Origin: a virus
Taxonomy: Duplodnaviria; Caudoviricetes
Virus record (IMG/VR): IMGVR_UViG_3300012665_000990
Span: 1-64,000 of that record
Length of the DNA: 64,000 bases
Direction: 5' to 3' (one strand)
Part shown: positions 8,880-18,420 of the stretch, piece by piece
Numbering within the stretch: the stretch's first letter is position 1
How the letters are laid out: the number at the start of each line of letters is the position of its first letter
The notes under the pieces: model-generated
The model's database searches: none
Seen by the model: only the letters and a program-made list of their open reading frames with translations
What the model was told of the DNA's origin: nothing
Translations under genes and position numbers: made by a program

Positions 8880-9325
8880 TGCGTGAATTTATTAATGTAG
8901 TTACAGAGTCTACAAATCAAATAACTGATGAATGGTTTAAGCAAGGTAGCTTTGAAACTTTTAAGAAGCCTGCTAAAGAACATTACGAAATAGCACAAGC
9001 GCCTGGTACAGTGGAAACATTGGAAGGACCTGTGAAATATGACACTGGTCATTATATTATGACTGGACCAAAAGGTGAAAAATATCCAATTACTCCTGAG
9101 AAGTTTCGTGAGATGAAAGACGACTTGGGTGATGGTGTATGTAGTCCTAAAAAGATTCTCAAAGTTGCCAAACTTGCAGATCATGATGGTGTGTTACATA
9201 CTAGTTGGGGCGACCTGGCATATACAACAAATAACGATTTTATTGTTAGACATGGCACAGGAGACTATGGCGCAGTAAAGAAAGATATCTTTATGCAGAC
9301 ATACGACACATCAAATATCAAATAA
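8876..9325 (+). CDS. PGDYG-like protein with N-terminal [10 protein letters not shown] leader
   Basis: Two repeats of TxxG...GxYI/FI...G..G..Y ([23 protein letters not shown]; TSWGDL...[13 protein letters not shown]). Confidence 0.55.
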   Translation: MMREFINVVTESTNQITDEWFKQGSFETFKKPAKEHYEIAQAPGTVETLEGPVKYDTGHYIMTGPKGEKYPITPEKFREMKDDLGDGVCSPKKILKVAKLADHDGVLHTSWGDLAYTTNNDFIVRHGTGDYGAVKKDIFMQTYDTSNIK

Positions 9326-9335
9326 AGGAAATAAA

Positions 9336-9944
9336 ATGAGTTTAGTACCAATTGTAGTTGAAAAGACCAGCGCCGGAGAACGCAGTTATGACATTTTCAG
9401 TCGCTTGCTTAAAGACAGGGTTATCTTCTTTAACGGTGAAGTTGAAGACTATATGGCCAATTTAATTGTTGCCCAATTGCTATTTTTGGAAAGTGAGAAT
9501 AGTGATTTGGATATTCATATGTACATTAATAGTCCTGGCGGCGTAGTCACTGCTGGTATGAGCATTTATGATACAATGCAATTTATCAAGCCAGATGTTT
9601 GTACATACGTTATGGGTCAAGCCTGTAGTATGGGCAGTTTGATTGCACAAGCCGGTGCTAAAGGCAAGCGTTATATGTTGCCAAATGCTCGTCATATGAT
9701 TCATCAACCAAGTGGTGGTGCTCGAGGACAAGCAACTGATATGTTGATTCAAGTTGAAGAGATTCTGGCAATGAAAAAGAATCTAACAGAAATTTACGCA
9801 AAGCATAATAGTCAAGGCAAGACATATGAAACTTTGAGTGCTGACATGGAAAGAGATAAATTCATGAGTGCTCAAGAAGCTCTCGATTATGGGCTAATTG
9901 ACCACATTGTGGACAAAAGGCCAAATGGTAGCACCAGCGTATAA
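9336..9944 (+). CDS. clpP: ATP-dependent Clp protease proteolytic subunit
   Basis: [25 protein letters not shown] (catalytic Ser), IHQPSGG (His), MERD. Confidence 0.97.
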   Translation: MSLVPIVVEKTSAGERSYDIFSRLLKDRVIFFNGEVEDYMANLIVAQLLFLESENSDLDIHMYINSPGGVVTAGMSIYDTMQFIKPDVCTYVMGQACSMGSLIAQAGAKGKRYMLPNARHMIHQPSGGARGQATDMLIQVEEILAMKKNLTEIYAKHNSQGKTYETLSADMERDKFMSAQEALDYGLIDHIVDKRPNGSTSV

Positions 9945-11010
9945 TAGTAGCCAGTTACTAAAAAACATACGTCTAGATCAACTAGACATCAAAAGAGGTG
10001 AGCTTTCCGGAAACTTAATATCTGGAGGGCTTATCTCTGCCTTTGCATCTACAGGTATTAAAGACGATGCATCAGTACAAACTTTAATCATTGAAGATGG
10101 TCGCATCATTGTTGACAAAATTACTGTTAAAGAAATTGATAGCAATTTAGTAATATCTGGAAAACTAAATGTATTAGGTGAGTTAACTGCTACTAAAATT
10201 ACTGCTGATGAAATTTTTAGTAATCAAAAATACGATAAGCAATATATTGAATTCATTCCAAACGCACAAACACAAAGTACAATTGGCTCTGGATTCGTTT
10301 GGAAGGATGCAGGTCCTACAAGGATGTTTGTACTACGTCCAGAACCTGAACGTTTTTTCTCTAGTGAAAATATTGACATTAGAGATGGTAAAAACTACAG
10401 CATTGGTAATGTCAATGTGTTGTCCTTCAACCTACTTGGACCAACTGTTAAGAAAAGTAGTCTAACTGAAGTTGGCACACTAAAAGATTTAACTGTAAAT
10501 GGTGACACTGTATTGGGTGGGTTTGCTACATTTAATAGTGACTTACAGCGTATTGGTATTAACACTGATCAACCAGTAGGTGTATTAACACTGACTGATT
10601 TTGAACAGGATGTAATTTTAAATTTAGAAGTAGAAAATGGCCGTGCAAAAGTTGGCACATTTAATAACCGTCCTTTTGAATTAACTGCGGGAGATCTGGC
10701 ACTCGTCACATTAGAGCCAAAAGGCATTGTTAATATTGGGCATGAATACAGAAGTGACATTACCACTAGAGCATGGGGCAAGTTAGGTATCAATGTAAAG
10801 CATCCTGAAGAAGATCTAGAAGTACGTGGGAATATTCGTTTTAGAGAAAAACTTTTCGCAGTAGATAATTCTCCGCCAACTAAAGGTAACTATAAAAGAG
10901 GGGACATAGTTTGGAATGAAAATCCGGACGCTGGCTCTTTTATTGGCTGGGTATGTGTAGTCGCAGGCACACCTGGCATATGGAAAACTTTTGGAGCGAT
11001 CAGTGAATAA
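9925..11010 (+). CDS. Beta-rich protein with tail-fibre-like C-terminal module
   Basis: C-terminus [40 protein letters not shown]; RIGINT/KLGINV repeats. Confidence 0.6.
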   Translation: MVAPAYNSSQLLKNIRLDQLDIKRGELSGNLISGGLISAFASTGIKDDASVQTLIIEDGRIIVDKITVKEIDSNLVISGKLNVLGELTATKITADEIFSNQKYDKQYIEFIPNAQTQSTIGSGFVWKDAGPTRMFVLRPEPERFFSSENIDIRDGKNYSIGNVNVLSFNLLGPTVKKSSLTEVGTLKDLTVNGDTVLGGFATFNSDLQRIGINTDQPVGVLTLTDFEQDVILNLEVENGRAKVGTFNNRPFELTAGDLALVTLEPKGIVNIGHEYRSDITTRAWGKLGINVKHPEEDLEVRGNIRFREKLFAVDNSPPTKGNYKRGDIVWNENPDAGSFIGWVCVVAGTPGIWKTFGAISE

Positions 11011-11323
11011 TTTAATTAAACTAATACAGGCAAGGAAGCAAACTCAATTATGGCTATGGTTTGGACGCATCAGTCCAATTCTATTTTTAATTGGCGCAAT
11101 AGGCTTTTACGAAATCATGCATACAGATATACCTTTCATTTTCTATGCAAGTTGGGCAGGTTTTATCACAGTATCTTTAATTTGGTGGGGATGGGTTCTA
11201 AAAATCATTTTAGAATTTATACACTTTTTTGAAGAAGTTAACAAATCAGTTAATGAAATTCAAAATAATGTTATCGAAGTATGTGATGAGGTAAAAAAAT
11301 TGAACGAAGAGAAACGCAAATAA
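11003..11323 (+). CDS. Two-TM membrane protein with C-terminal coiled coil
   Basis: Two hydrophobic helices then heptad-like tail. Confidence 0.6.
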   Translation: MNNLIKLIQARKQTQLWLWFGRISPILFLIGAIGFYEIMHTDIPFIFYASWAGFITVSLIWWGWVLKIILEFIHFFEEVNKSVNEIQNNVIEVCDEVKKLNEEKRK

Positions 11324-11326
11324 ATA

Positions 11327-11354
11327 TTGACATAGTTATACATTAGTGTATAAT
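11327..11354 (+). promoter_or_regulatory. sigma70-type promoter for queD
   Basis: TTGACA-16nt-TATAAT; TAAATA immediately upstream. Confidence 0.65.
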
Positions 11355-11427
11355 TACTATATGCGGACTCAGGCATTCATCCCGCAATATAAACTCTGCA
11401 TGTCATTGCTTAATCAAGGAGATTACA

Positions 11428-11958
11428 ATGGCAAAATTTTACTCAACAAAAACTTACGGTAATGACCGCGGCTTATCATGCTGTTTTAGACAATGGCGTG
11501 CCACACATAGCCACTGCTCAACACTACATGGTTACTCAATTGGCATCAAATTAATTTTTGAATGTGACACATTGGATGACAAAAACTGGTGTATGGACTT
11601 TGGTGGTCTTAAAGAATTCAAAGCGTGGGCAGATGATACATTTGATCACACTTTGGTTATTGCCCAGGATGATCCACACTTAGCATTTTTCCAACAGATG
11701 GCTAATATGGGCAATGTTCCAAGTTCAGGAAACGGCGATCAAGGCTTTGATAAACTAGAACCTTATCAGCGTGGAGCATTATGTGACTTGCGTATTGTAC
11801 CAGGTGTAGGCTGTGAAATGTTTGCCAAAATGGCTTATGACAAAATGGCTGAGCTACTTGCAAGTGGCGACATGCGCTACCCAATCAATCCATCAGTTAG
11901 GGTTAAATCAGTTGAAGTATTTGAACACGGTGCTAACTCAGCAACTTACGAAGGATAA
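11428..11958 (+). CDS. queD: 6-carboxy-5,6,7,8-tetrahydropterin synthase (QueD/PTPS family)
   Basis: HSHCSTLHGYS Zn ligands, DFGGLK, FDHTL, terminal EVFEHGANSATY; SD AAGGAG. Confidence 0.88.
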   Translation: MAKFYSTKTYGNDRGLSCCFRQWRATHSHCSTLHGYSIGIKLIFECDTLDDKNWCMDFGGLKEFKAWADDTFDHTLVIAQDDPHLAFFQQMANMGNVPSSGNGDQGFDKLEPYQRGALCDLRIVPGVGCEMFAKMAYDKMAELLASGDMRYPINPSVRVKSVEVFEHGANSATYEG

Positions 11959-11963
11959 AGTAA

Positions 11964-12119
11964 TTGTGGCGACTTTGGGCTAAGGCTTTGGGGGAGAAAG
12001 CAGGCGATTCTGATAAAGAATCAGATAAAATCGCTTGCATTCGTACCGTAATTGTGTTAATATACATTATAACGAACTTTTTCATTATGGCAGGTATATT
12101 AAGGCATTGGAATGATTAA
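11964..12119 (+). CDS. Small membrane protein (TTG start, not in ORF track)
   Basis: (M)WRLWAKALGEKAGDSDKESDKIACIRTVIVLIYIITNFFIMAGILRHWND, resembles small proteins recalled from T4-like phages. Confidence 0.6.
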   Translation: MWRLWAKALGEKAGDSDKESDKIACIRTVIVLIYIITNFFIMAGILRHWND

Positions 12120-13128
12120 ACGAATAGGCTTTGCGTGTAAGTGGATTGATAACCCAAATCAAACAGCAGGTATTAAACCTACTGATGATTGTAAACAGTA
12201 CAACACTGGGTCAACGACTATTAGTTGGCTCAAACGGCAATCACAAGAAGTAGCCGAACAAAAGTTATGGGACTTGATGGTTCAGAATATTGAATCAGCT
12301 CGTCGTCTTGTAGAAAAGGTAGGAACACTGAATGAAGAACTTCGTATGGTACGTATTAGCAGTGATTTGCTTCCTGCATATACTCAGCGTGACTACAGTT
12401 ACTTTTGGCACAAGCCTGACGTTGTTCAGTATTGTGAACGCAATTTTGGCATTATTGGCGATAGTGCTCGTGCAAGCAATACCCGTCTTAGTTTTCATCC
12501 TGGTCAGTTTACTGTCTTGGCTAGTGATAACCCAGGCATTGTTGAAAGATCAATAGAGGAATTTGAATATCATGCGGATATGGCACGTTGGATGGGTTAC
12601 GGGAAATCCTTTCAGGACTTTAAGATCAACGTCCACATCTCCGGTAAACAAGGTCCAGCCGGTATCCTCCGTGCCTACGAACGACTATCGCCAGAAGCAA
12701 GAAACTGTATTACTATCGAAAACGAAGAAAACGCCTGGGGGTTAAATGATTGTCTTGAGCTTAGTGGTACTATTCCTATTGTTATGGATGTACATCACCA
12801 TTGGATCAGGGAAGGTGTATATATTACGCCAGATGATGATCAAGTACAACGTGTTATTGATAGTTGGCGTGGCGTTCGCCCTACTATGCATTACTCAGTT
12901 AGTAGAGAAGACTACCTTCTCGAGCATGATCGAACTACCGCGCCTGTTCATGCCCAACTTCTTCTAGAAGGTTACAAAAAACAAAAACTTAGAGCACATA
13001 GCGACTTTTATTGGAATACCGCAGTTAATGACTGGGTGCTAACATTCCGAGATAATTTTGATATTATGTGTGAAAGTAAAGGCAAAAATATTGCCAGTTT
13101 TGAACTGCACAGATACGCAACAACATAA
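12112..13128 (+). CDS. uvsE: UV DNA damage endonuclease
   Basis: RIGFACK, RISSDLLP, RLSFHPGQFTVLAS, ITIENEE, DVHHHW, HYS, AHSD, MCESKGK. Confidence 0.93.
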   Translation: MIKRIGFACKWIDNPNQTAGIKPTDDCKQYNTGSTTISWLKRQSQEVAEQKLWDLMVQNIESARRLVEKVGTLNEELRMVRISSDLLPAYTQRDYSYFWHKPDVVQYCERNFGIIGDSARASNTRLSFHPGQFTVLASDNPGIVERSIEEFEYHADMARWMGYGKSFQDFKINVHISGKQGPAGILRAYERLSPEARNCITIENEENAWGLNDCLELSGTIPIVMDVHHHWIREGVYITPDDDQVQRVIDSWRGVRPTMHYSVSREDYLLEHDRTTAPVHAQLLLEGYKKQKLRAHSDFYWNTAVNDWVLTFRDNFDIMCESKGKNIASFELHRYATT

Positions 13129-13132
13129 ATGC

Positions 13133-13160
13133 AAAAACCCGCACTAGGCGGGTTTCATTT
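13133..13160. terminator. Bidirectional intrinsic terminator
   Basis: AAACCCGC-ACTAG-GCGGGTTT between convergent uvsE and the minus-strand ORF. Confidence 0.8.
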
Positions 13161-13180
13161 TGCAAGAAGATTCCGTACTA

Positions 13181-13456
13181 TTACTTGGCAGTCTTCTTTG
13201 GAGCACGTGGCTTAGCTGGGGCTTTAACAGCCTTTGGCTTTGCTGGTGCTTTTGGCTTGGCCGGTGCTTTTGGCTTTGCTACTTTTGGTGTAGCTGGCTT
13301 TCTAGTTGCACGTGGCTTCTTAGCTGGTTCCGCGGCTGGCGCTACCGTAGTTTCTACAACTGCCTCAACTACTGGGGCTGATGTTTCTACTTTGTATGGT
13401 GCTGGCTCTGCTGGAGTAGCTGAAGTACCAAATAGTGATTTTAAAAATTTAATCAT
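13181..13456 (-). CDS. Histone H1/AlgP-like Lys-Ala-Pro-rich protein
   Basis: KPKAPAKPKAPAKPKAVKAPAKP repeats; GGAG SD on minus strand. Confidence 0.7.
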   Translation of the reverse strand: MIKFLKSLFGTSATPAEPAPYKVETSAPVVEAVVETTVAPAAEPAKKPRATRKPATPKVAKPKAPAKPKAPAKPKAVKAPAKPRAPKKTAK

Positions 13457-13634
13457 GATTAATCTCCTTGTAATTTAATTATGCCGGAAGATTGTCTCTG
13501 AAAAAATTTTGAAAGTAAAAATATCAAACGCCAATTTGCCGTTAGCTACATTAGCTGTATCACTTAGAAACAGGGAAAACAGTGATTTCAGGATCCTTGG
13601 GTGCCCTGTTGACCGTTTGACGGAAATATTTACC

Positions 13635-13642
13635 TATAAATA
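13635..13642 (+). promoter_or_regulatory. T4-type late promoter
   Basis: Exact TATAAATA 5 nt upstream of SOD ATG. Confidence 0.6.
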
Positions 13643-13647
13643 CAGAC

Positions 13648-14196
13648 ATGTATAATTTTATCAAAAACTTAACTGAAGGGCGAGATTTAACAGAGTTAAA
13701 AAGAATTACTCTAAACTATTCATCTGATGGATTAGGACGTAGTTTGAGTAAGCAGGCTATTGATTATCATTATGGTAAGTTATACAAAACCTATGTTGAT
13801 AGATTTAATAACAATGAGGGCGACTCAGACTTTAATGAAGCGGGTGCCTTTTTACACAGCATTTACTTTAGCCAATTTAAATCACCTGTTAGTTCAAATA
13901 AACCAATAGATGAATCACTTGCATTTATTGAAGAGCATTATCAAACATTTGATAACTTTAAAAAAGAGTTTGAAAAAACTGCAATGAGTATTCAAGGCAG
14001 TGGTTGGGTGTATCTAGCTCGTGATGGTAAAATTAAAACTATCAAAAATCATGAAATTAAAAATGATATATTGTTATTAATTGATTGGTGGGAGCATGCC
14101 TGGGCACTAGACTATCAAGCTGATAAAAAGAAATATTTAGAAAATCAATGGAAAATTATTGATTGGGAAGTTATTAATCATAAAAAGAGAGGTTGA
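13648..14196 (+). CDS. sod: Fe/Mn superoxide dismutase
   Basis: Metal ligands in HYGKLY, FLHSIYF, DWWEHAW; QGSGW. Confidence 0.92.
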   Translation: MYNFIKNLTEGRDLTELKRITLNYSSDGLGRSLSKQAIDYHYGKLYKTYVDRFNNNEGDSDFNEAGAFLHSIYFSQFKSPVSSNKPIDESLAFIEEHYQTFDNFKKEFEKTAMSIQGSGWVYLARDGKIKTIKNHEIKNDILLLIDWWEHAWALDYQADKKKYLENQWKIIDWEVINHKKRG

Positions 14197-14224
14197 TATG
14201 AAGTTTGGTGCTATGACTAAAGTA

Positions 14225-14253
14225 TTGACTTTTTAATATTTTAAAAGTATAAT
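14225..14253 (+). promoter_or_regulatory. sigma70-type promoter of suf operon
   Basis: TTGACT-17nt-TATAAT, ATG 5 nt downstream. Confidence 0.75.
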
Positions 14254-14258
14254 ACACT

Positions 14259-15683
14259 ATGGACGCAAAAGAAATAAAACAGAACGTCTATAAGCATGGA
14301 TGGTCATCCAAATTTAAAGCTGAAACTTTTGATAGAGGTTTAAGTGAAGATATTATTAGAAAAATATCAGAAGTTAAAGATGAACCTAATTGGTTATTAG
14401 ATTGGCGACTAGCCGCATACCACAGTTGGAGGAGGATGTCCAAGCCAGAATGGTCAGAGCTTGACATACCTGATATTGACTTCAACGAAATAAGTTATTT
14501 TAGTAGACCTAAAAATAGACCTAAGGATCTAAGCGAAGTAGATCCGTCAATTATAAAAGACTTTGAAAAGTTAGGCATACCACTTGAAGAACAAAAGTGG
14601 TTGGCAGGCGTTGCTGTTGACGTAGTACTTGACAGCGAGAGTCTTGGAACAACCCACAAACAAACATTACTAGCACAGGGAATTATTTTTTGCAGTATCA
14701 GTGAAGCTGTAAAAGAATATCCAGACCTAGTTAAAGAATATTTAGGCAGTGTGGTCCCAGCAAGGGACAATTATTACAGTTGTCTAAATGCCGCGGTGTT
14801 CACTGACGGTAGTTTTGTTTATATTCCCAAAGGTGTACGTTGCCCATTAGAGCTTAGTACTTACTTTAGAATTAATGAACCTAGCACTGGACAATTTGAA
14901 CGAACACTGATTATAGCAGAGGATGATTCATATGTATCTTATTTGGAAGGATGCACAGCACCAAAACGTGACGAGAATCAGTTACATGCCGCCGTCGTCG
15001 AACTTGTTGCCCTTGATAGGGCCGAAATCAAATATTCGACTGTACAAAACTGGTACCCCGGAGATGAGGAAGGACGAGGCGGAATTTATAATTTTGTCAC
15101 AAAGAGAGGAATTTGTCGCGGCGAATCAAGCAAAATATCTTGGACCCAAGTAGAAACTGGTAGTAGTATTACTTGGAAATACCCAAGCTGTATTTTAAAG
15201 GGCGACAATAGCGTTGGCGAGTTTTATAGTGTAGCAATTACTAAAAACAAAATGCAGGCAGATACTGGCACTAAAATGATACACTTAGGAGCCAATACAT
15301 CAAGTACAATTATTAGTAAAGGTATTAGCATGGATCATAGTGTTAATACATATCGTGGGTTGGTTAAGATCATGCCCAACGCACACAATTCAAGAAATTA
15401 TACACAATGCGATAGTATGATAATTGGAGACTATGGCATAGCCAATACAATACCTTATGTTGAAAGTAAAAACATTTCTTCAATTATTGAACATGAAGCA
15501 ACAACTGGGAGAATAAGTGATAAGCAGTTATATTACCTAGCACAGCGTGGCATGACTACAGAGCAGGCCGCAACTACTATTGTCAGTGGATTTTGTAAAG
15601 AAGTTTTCAAAACATTACCATTAGAATTTGCGGCTGAAGCACAAAAATTGTTAAGTATTAAAATAGAGGGATCAATAGGATAA
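14259..15683 (+). CDS. sufB: Fe-S cluster assembly scaffold SufB
   Basis: [57 protein letters not shown]. Confidence 0.97.
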   Translation: MDAKEIKQNVYKHGWSSKFKAETFDRGLSEDIIRKISEVKDEPNWLLDWRLAAYHSWRRMSKPEWSELDIPDIDFNEISYFSRPKNRPKDLSEVDPSIIKDFEKLGIPLEEQKWLAGVAVDVVLDSESLGTTHKQTLLAQGIIFCSISEAVKEYPDLVKEYLGSVVPARDNYYSCLNAAVFTDGSFVYIPKGVRCPLELSTYFRINEPSTGQFERTLIIAEDDSYVSYLEGCTAPKRDENQLHAAVVELVALDRAEIKYSTVQNWYPGDEEGRGGIYNFVTKRGICRGESSKISWTQVETGSSITWKYPSCILKGDNSVGEFYSVAITKNKMQADTGTKMIHLGANTSSTIISKGISMDHSVNTYRGLVKIMPNAHNSRNYTQCDSMIIGDYGIANTIPYVESKNISSIIEHEATTGRISDKQLYYLAQRGMTTEQAATTIVSGFCKEVFKTLPLEFAAEAQKLLSIKIEGSIG

Positions 15684-16408
15684 TGTTAAAAATTACAAAT
15701 TTGTCTGTTAACGTAGCAGAAATTGATATTTTGAAAAATATCAATCTTGAAGTTAATGCAGGCGAAATACACGCAATACTAGGACCTAATGGTGCTGGAA
15801 AAAGTTCTTTAGCCAATGCTATATCAGGACATCCAGAAATCATTATCACTAAAGGAAGGATGTCCTTTAATAAAAAGTCGTTACTTAAAATGGCCGCTGA
15901 CGAAAGAAGTCGTGCTGGCATTTTTATGACTTTTCAAGACCCTCCAGAAATTCCAGGAGTTAGCAACTTACAGCTAACTAGAGATATCATTAAAGCACGT
16001 GGTGATAGTAGAGATAGTGGCACTATCATTAATGATTATAAAAAATTCGTCAAGCAGTGTGATTTAGGTAGTGAGTGGGGTAAAAGGGATTTCAATTTAG
16101 GAGCGAGTGGCGGGGAAAAGAAAAAGAATGAAGTTTTAATGATGCAAATGATTGACCCTTCATTGTTGATCTTAGATGAAATTGATAGTGGTTTAGATAT
16201 CGATGCGGTACAACAAGTTACAAAAGATATCAAAACATTTCTAGCTAAAGAAGGAAAGGCGTGTATTATTATTACACATCAGCCAACGATCCTAGATACA
16301 ATCAAACCAACGCATGTTCATATAATTGTAGATGGCAAAATCGTAGAGAGTGGCGATATTACACTTGTTAAAAGGATCAGTAAAAATGGCTATAGAGAGT
16401 TTTCTTAA
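15683..16408 (+). CDS. sufC: Fe-S assembly ATPase SufC
   Basis: GPNGAGKS, FQDPPEIPGV, SGGEKKKNE, LDEIDSGLDID. Confidence 0.95.
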   Translation: MLKITNLSVNVAEIDILKNINLEVNAGEIHAILGPNGAGKSSLANAISGHPEIIITKGRMSFNKKSLLKMAADERSRAGIFMTFQDPPEIPGVSNLQLTRDIIKARGDSRDSGTIINDYKKFVKQCDLGSEWGKRDFNLGASGGEKKKNEVLMMQMIDPSLLILDEIDSGLDIDAVQQVTKDIKTFLAKEGKACIIITHQPTILDTIKPTHVHIIVDGKIVESGDITLVKRISKNGYREFS

Positions 16409-17210
16409 AGTAGACAAAAAAGACCCGGATTGGTCCTACAGCCCAAGCAGTTATTTTGGGAAACAATTTAAAGTAATCGATGCAAACTGTTTACAGATTG
16501 CACCAGGTACAGAAGACTTAATGGTATTACGATTAAGTCCAACTGAAAATGACATGCTGTGCAAGCACCTACAAGTTATTGGTAGATCAAACAGCAGATT
16601 AGATTTATACATTATTTGTGATGGTGATGTTAATCTACAACAAGTATTTGTTTATGATGTTGCACTAGAGCCATATTCAATTTTAAACATTGGGTTCTTT
16701 GTAAAAAATGGCAAACTTAATAAACATATTGTAGAAGCTGAACTTGCTGAAGGAAGCGTACTTAATATTTTTGGACTAGTTGAAAATGACATTGGCGGTA
16801 GCAGTGAAGTTATTAACAAAATATGTCACTCAGAACCAAGTGCCGAAAGTCAACAGTTAATAAACTGTAAAGCAGGCAAAAATAGTCGAACTGTTTTCCA
16901 AGGATATGTAAGAGTAATAGAAGGAATGACTGACAATTTTGTAACAGTAGCCAATTCTAGTATTATTACTGAGGAAGGCGGACAAGCATACAGTGTTCCA
17001 CAAATGATGATTGACTGTGGCGAAGTTGAAGCTAGTCATAGTTGTGCTGTGGGAAAATTTGATGAAGAAGCTATTTGGTACCTACAGAGCAGAGGCATGT
17101 CTGAAGAAGGTGCTAAAGAGTTGCTAATCAGAACGCATCAGGATTATATACTCAATATGATTCCACACCAAGAGATACAAGATGAACTTAAAGAATTTTT
17201 CCAAAATTGA
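16386..17210 (+). CDS. sufD: SufD-like protein (short)
   Basis: SRTVFQG, PQMMIDCGEVEASHSCAVG, IWYLQSRGM; position in operon. Confidence 0.85.
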   Translation: MAIESFLKVDKKDPDWSYSPSSYFGKQFKVIDANCLQIAPGTEDLMVLRLSPTENDMLCKHLQVIGRSNSRLDLYIICDGDVNLQQVFVYDVALEPYSILNIGFFVKNGKLNKHIVEAELAEGSVLNIFGLVENDIGGSSEVINKICHSEPSAESQQLINCKAGKNSRTVFQGYVRVIEGMTDNFVTVANSSIITEEGGQAYSVPQMMIDCGEVEASHSCAVGKFDEEAIWYLQSRGMSEEGAKELLIRTHQDYILNMIPHQEIQDELKEFFQN

Positions 17211-18420
17211 ACATGATTTTGTACTCCCTAACTTAACATACTTAGACAATGCCGCAACCACATTTTGCCCAGAAAAGGTTGTTAATAAATTAAACGACTA
17301 TTTTACAAACTACAAAGCAAATATACATCGCGGCAGTCATAGTTTAGGTATTAAGGCCACAGATGAGTACGAGTCAGTACGCCTAAAAGTTGCTCGTTTA
17401 GTAAACGCAAAAACCTCAAAAGATGTTGTGTTTACCAGTGGCACTACACATAGTATTAATTTACTTGCTTTTGGATTCTGTAATAAATGGGGGCCAAACG
17501 ATCTTGTTATTGTTCCTGAAAGTGAGCACCATGCAAATCTTTTACCATGGGTCAAAGCCAGTGAACAGTTTGGTTTCCAATTTAAAACTGTAAATGTGAT
17601 TAAAGACGGCAGTTTAGATTTAGGACATTTACAAGAGCTACTTGATGATAGTCGTGGCAAAATACTATTCAGTATGGCACACATTAGCAATACAATCGGT
17701 TACGTACAACCAGTTAAAGTAATCTTTGATTTAATTAAAGAATTTGATGGCATTACTGTTTTAGATGCCGCACAAAGCATATCTAAATTCAATGTAGATA
17801 TGAATAGAGACAATATTGATTTCATAGCGTTCAGTGCTCACAAGTTATACGGCCCAACGGGAGTAGGAGTGTTGGTTGGCAGAAATAAACATTTAACTAA
17901 AATTGACCCACTGTTTTGGGGCGGTGACATGATTAGTAGTGTACATTGGGGCACAATCTCACTCAACTCAATCCCTTATAAATTAGAAGCTGGAACTCCC
18001 AATATTGGCGGAGTTATTGGTATGGGAGCCGCAATAGACTGGTTTAACGAATATGATATTAAAGATTTTAATGCTCATGATTTAGAACTAGGCAAGTATT
18101 TTGTTGAACAATTAGAAGAACTAGAGTTTATTGAAATTTTTCATCCTGGAACAAAAAGCGGCGTCATAAGTTTTAACGTAACTGGACAACACCCAGAAGA
18201 TGTGGCACAATTATTAAATGCTCAAAAGATTGCTGTTAGAAATGGCTTCCTTTGCGCACAACCAATTGTAGAAGAAAAGTTTGTTAATGGTGTTGTTAGA
18301 GCCAGTTGGGCTTGCTACAATACCAAAGATGACGTGGACAAGCTAGTAGCGGCTTTAAATAAGCTACATGGAATACTTGACAATAGAACAAGAAATAACG
18401 AAGTTATCACAGACTCTTAA
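17182..18420 (+). CDS. sufS: Cysteine desulfurase SufS
   Basis: YLDNAAT, EHHAN, DAAQ, SAHKLYGPTG (PLP Lys), EAGTP, CAQP. Confidence 0.93.
   Translation: MNLKNFSKIEHDFVLPNLTYLDNAATTFCPEKVVNKLNDYFTNYKANIHRGSHSLGIKATDEYESVRLKVARLVNAKTSKDVVFTSGTTHSINLLAFGFCNKWGPNDLVIVPESEHHANLLPWVKASEQFGFQFKTVNVIKDGSLDLGHLQELLDDSRGKILFSMAHISNTIGYVQPVKVIFDLIKEFDGITVLDAAQSISKFNVDMNRDNIDFIAFSAHKLYGPTGVGVLVGRNKHLTKIDPLFWGGDMISSVHWGTISLNSIPYKLEAGTPNIGGVIGMGAAIDWFNEYDIKDFNAHDLELGKYFVEQLEELEFIEIFHPGTKSGVISFNVTGQHPEDVAQLLNAQKIAVRNGFLCAQPIVEEKFVNGVVRASWACYNTKDDVDKLVAALNKLHGILDNRTRNNEVITDS

Noticed and set aside
11361-11400. Canonical preQ1-I riboswitch call
   Set aside because: The loop lacks the conserved UUC/CAC-type nucleotides; kept only as a candidate variant among the findings.
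13185-13478. Plus-strand Ala/Gly/Phe-rich ORF
   Set aside because: It is the reverse complement of the Lys/Ala/Pro-rich gene, which has the SD and a convergent terminator.
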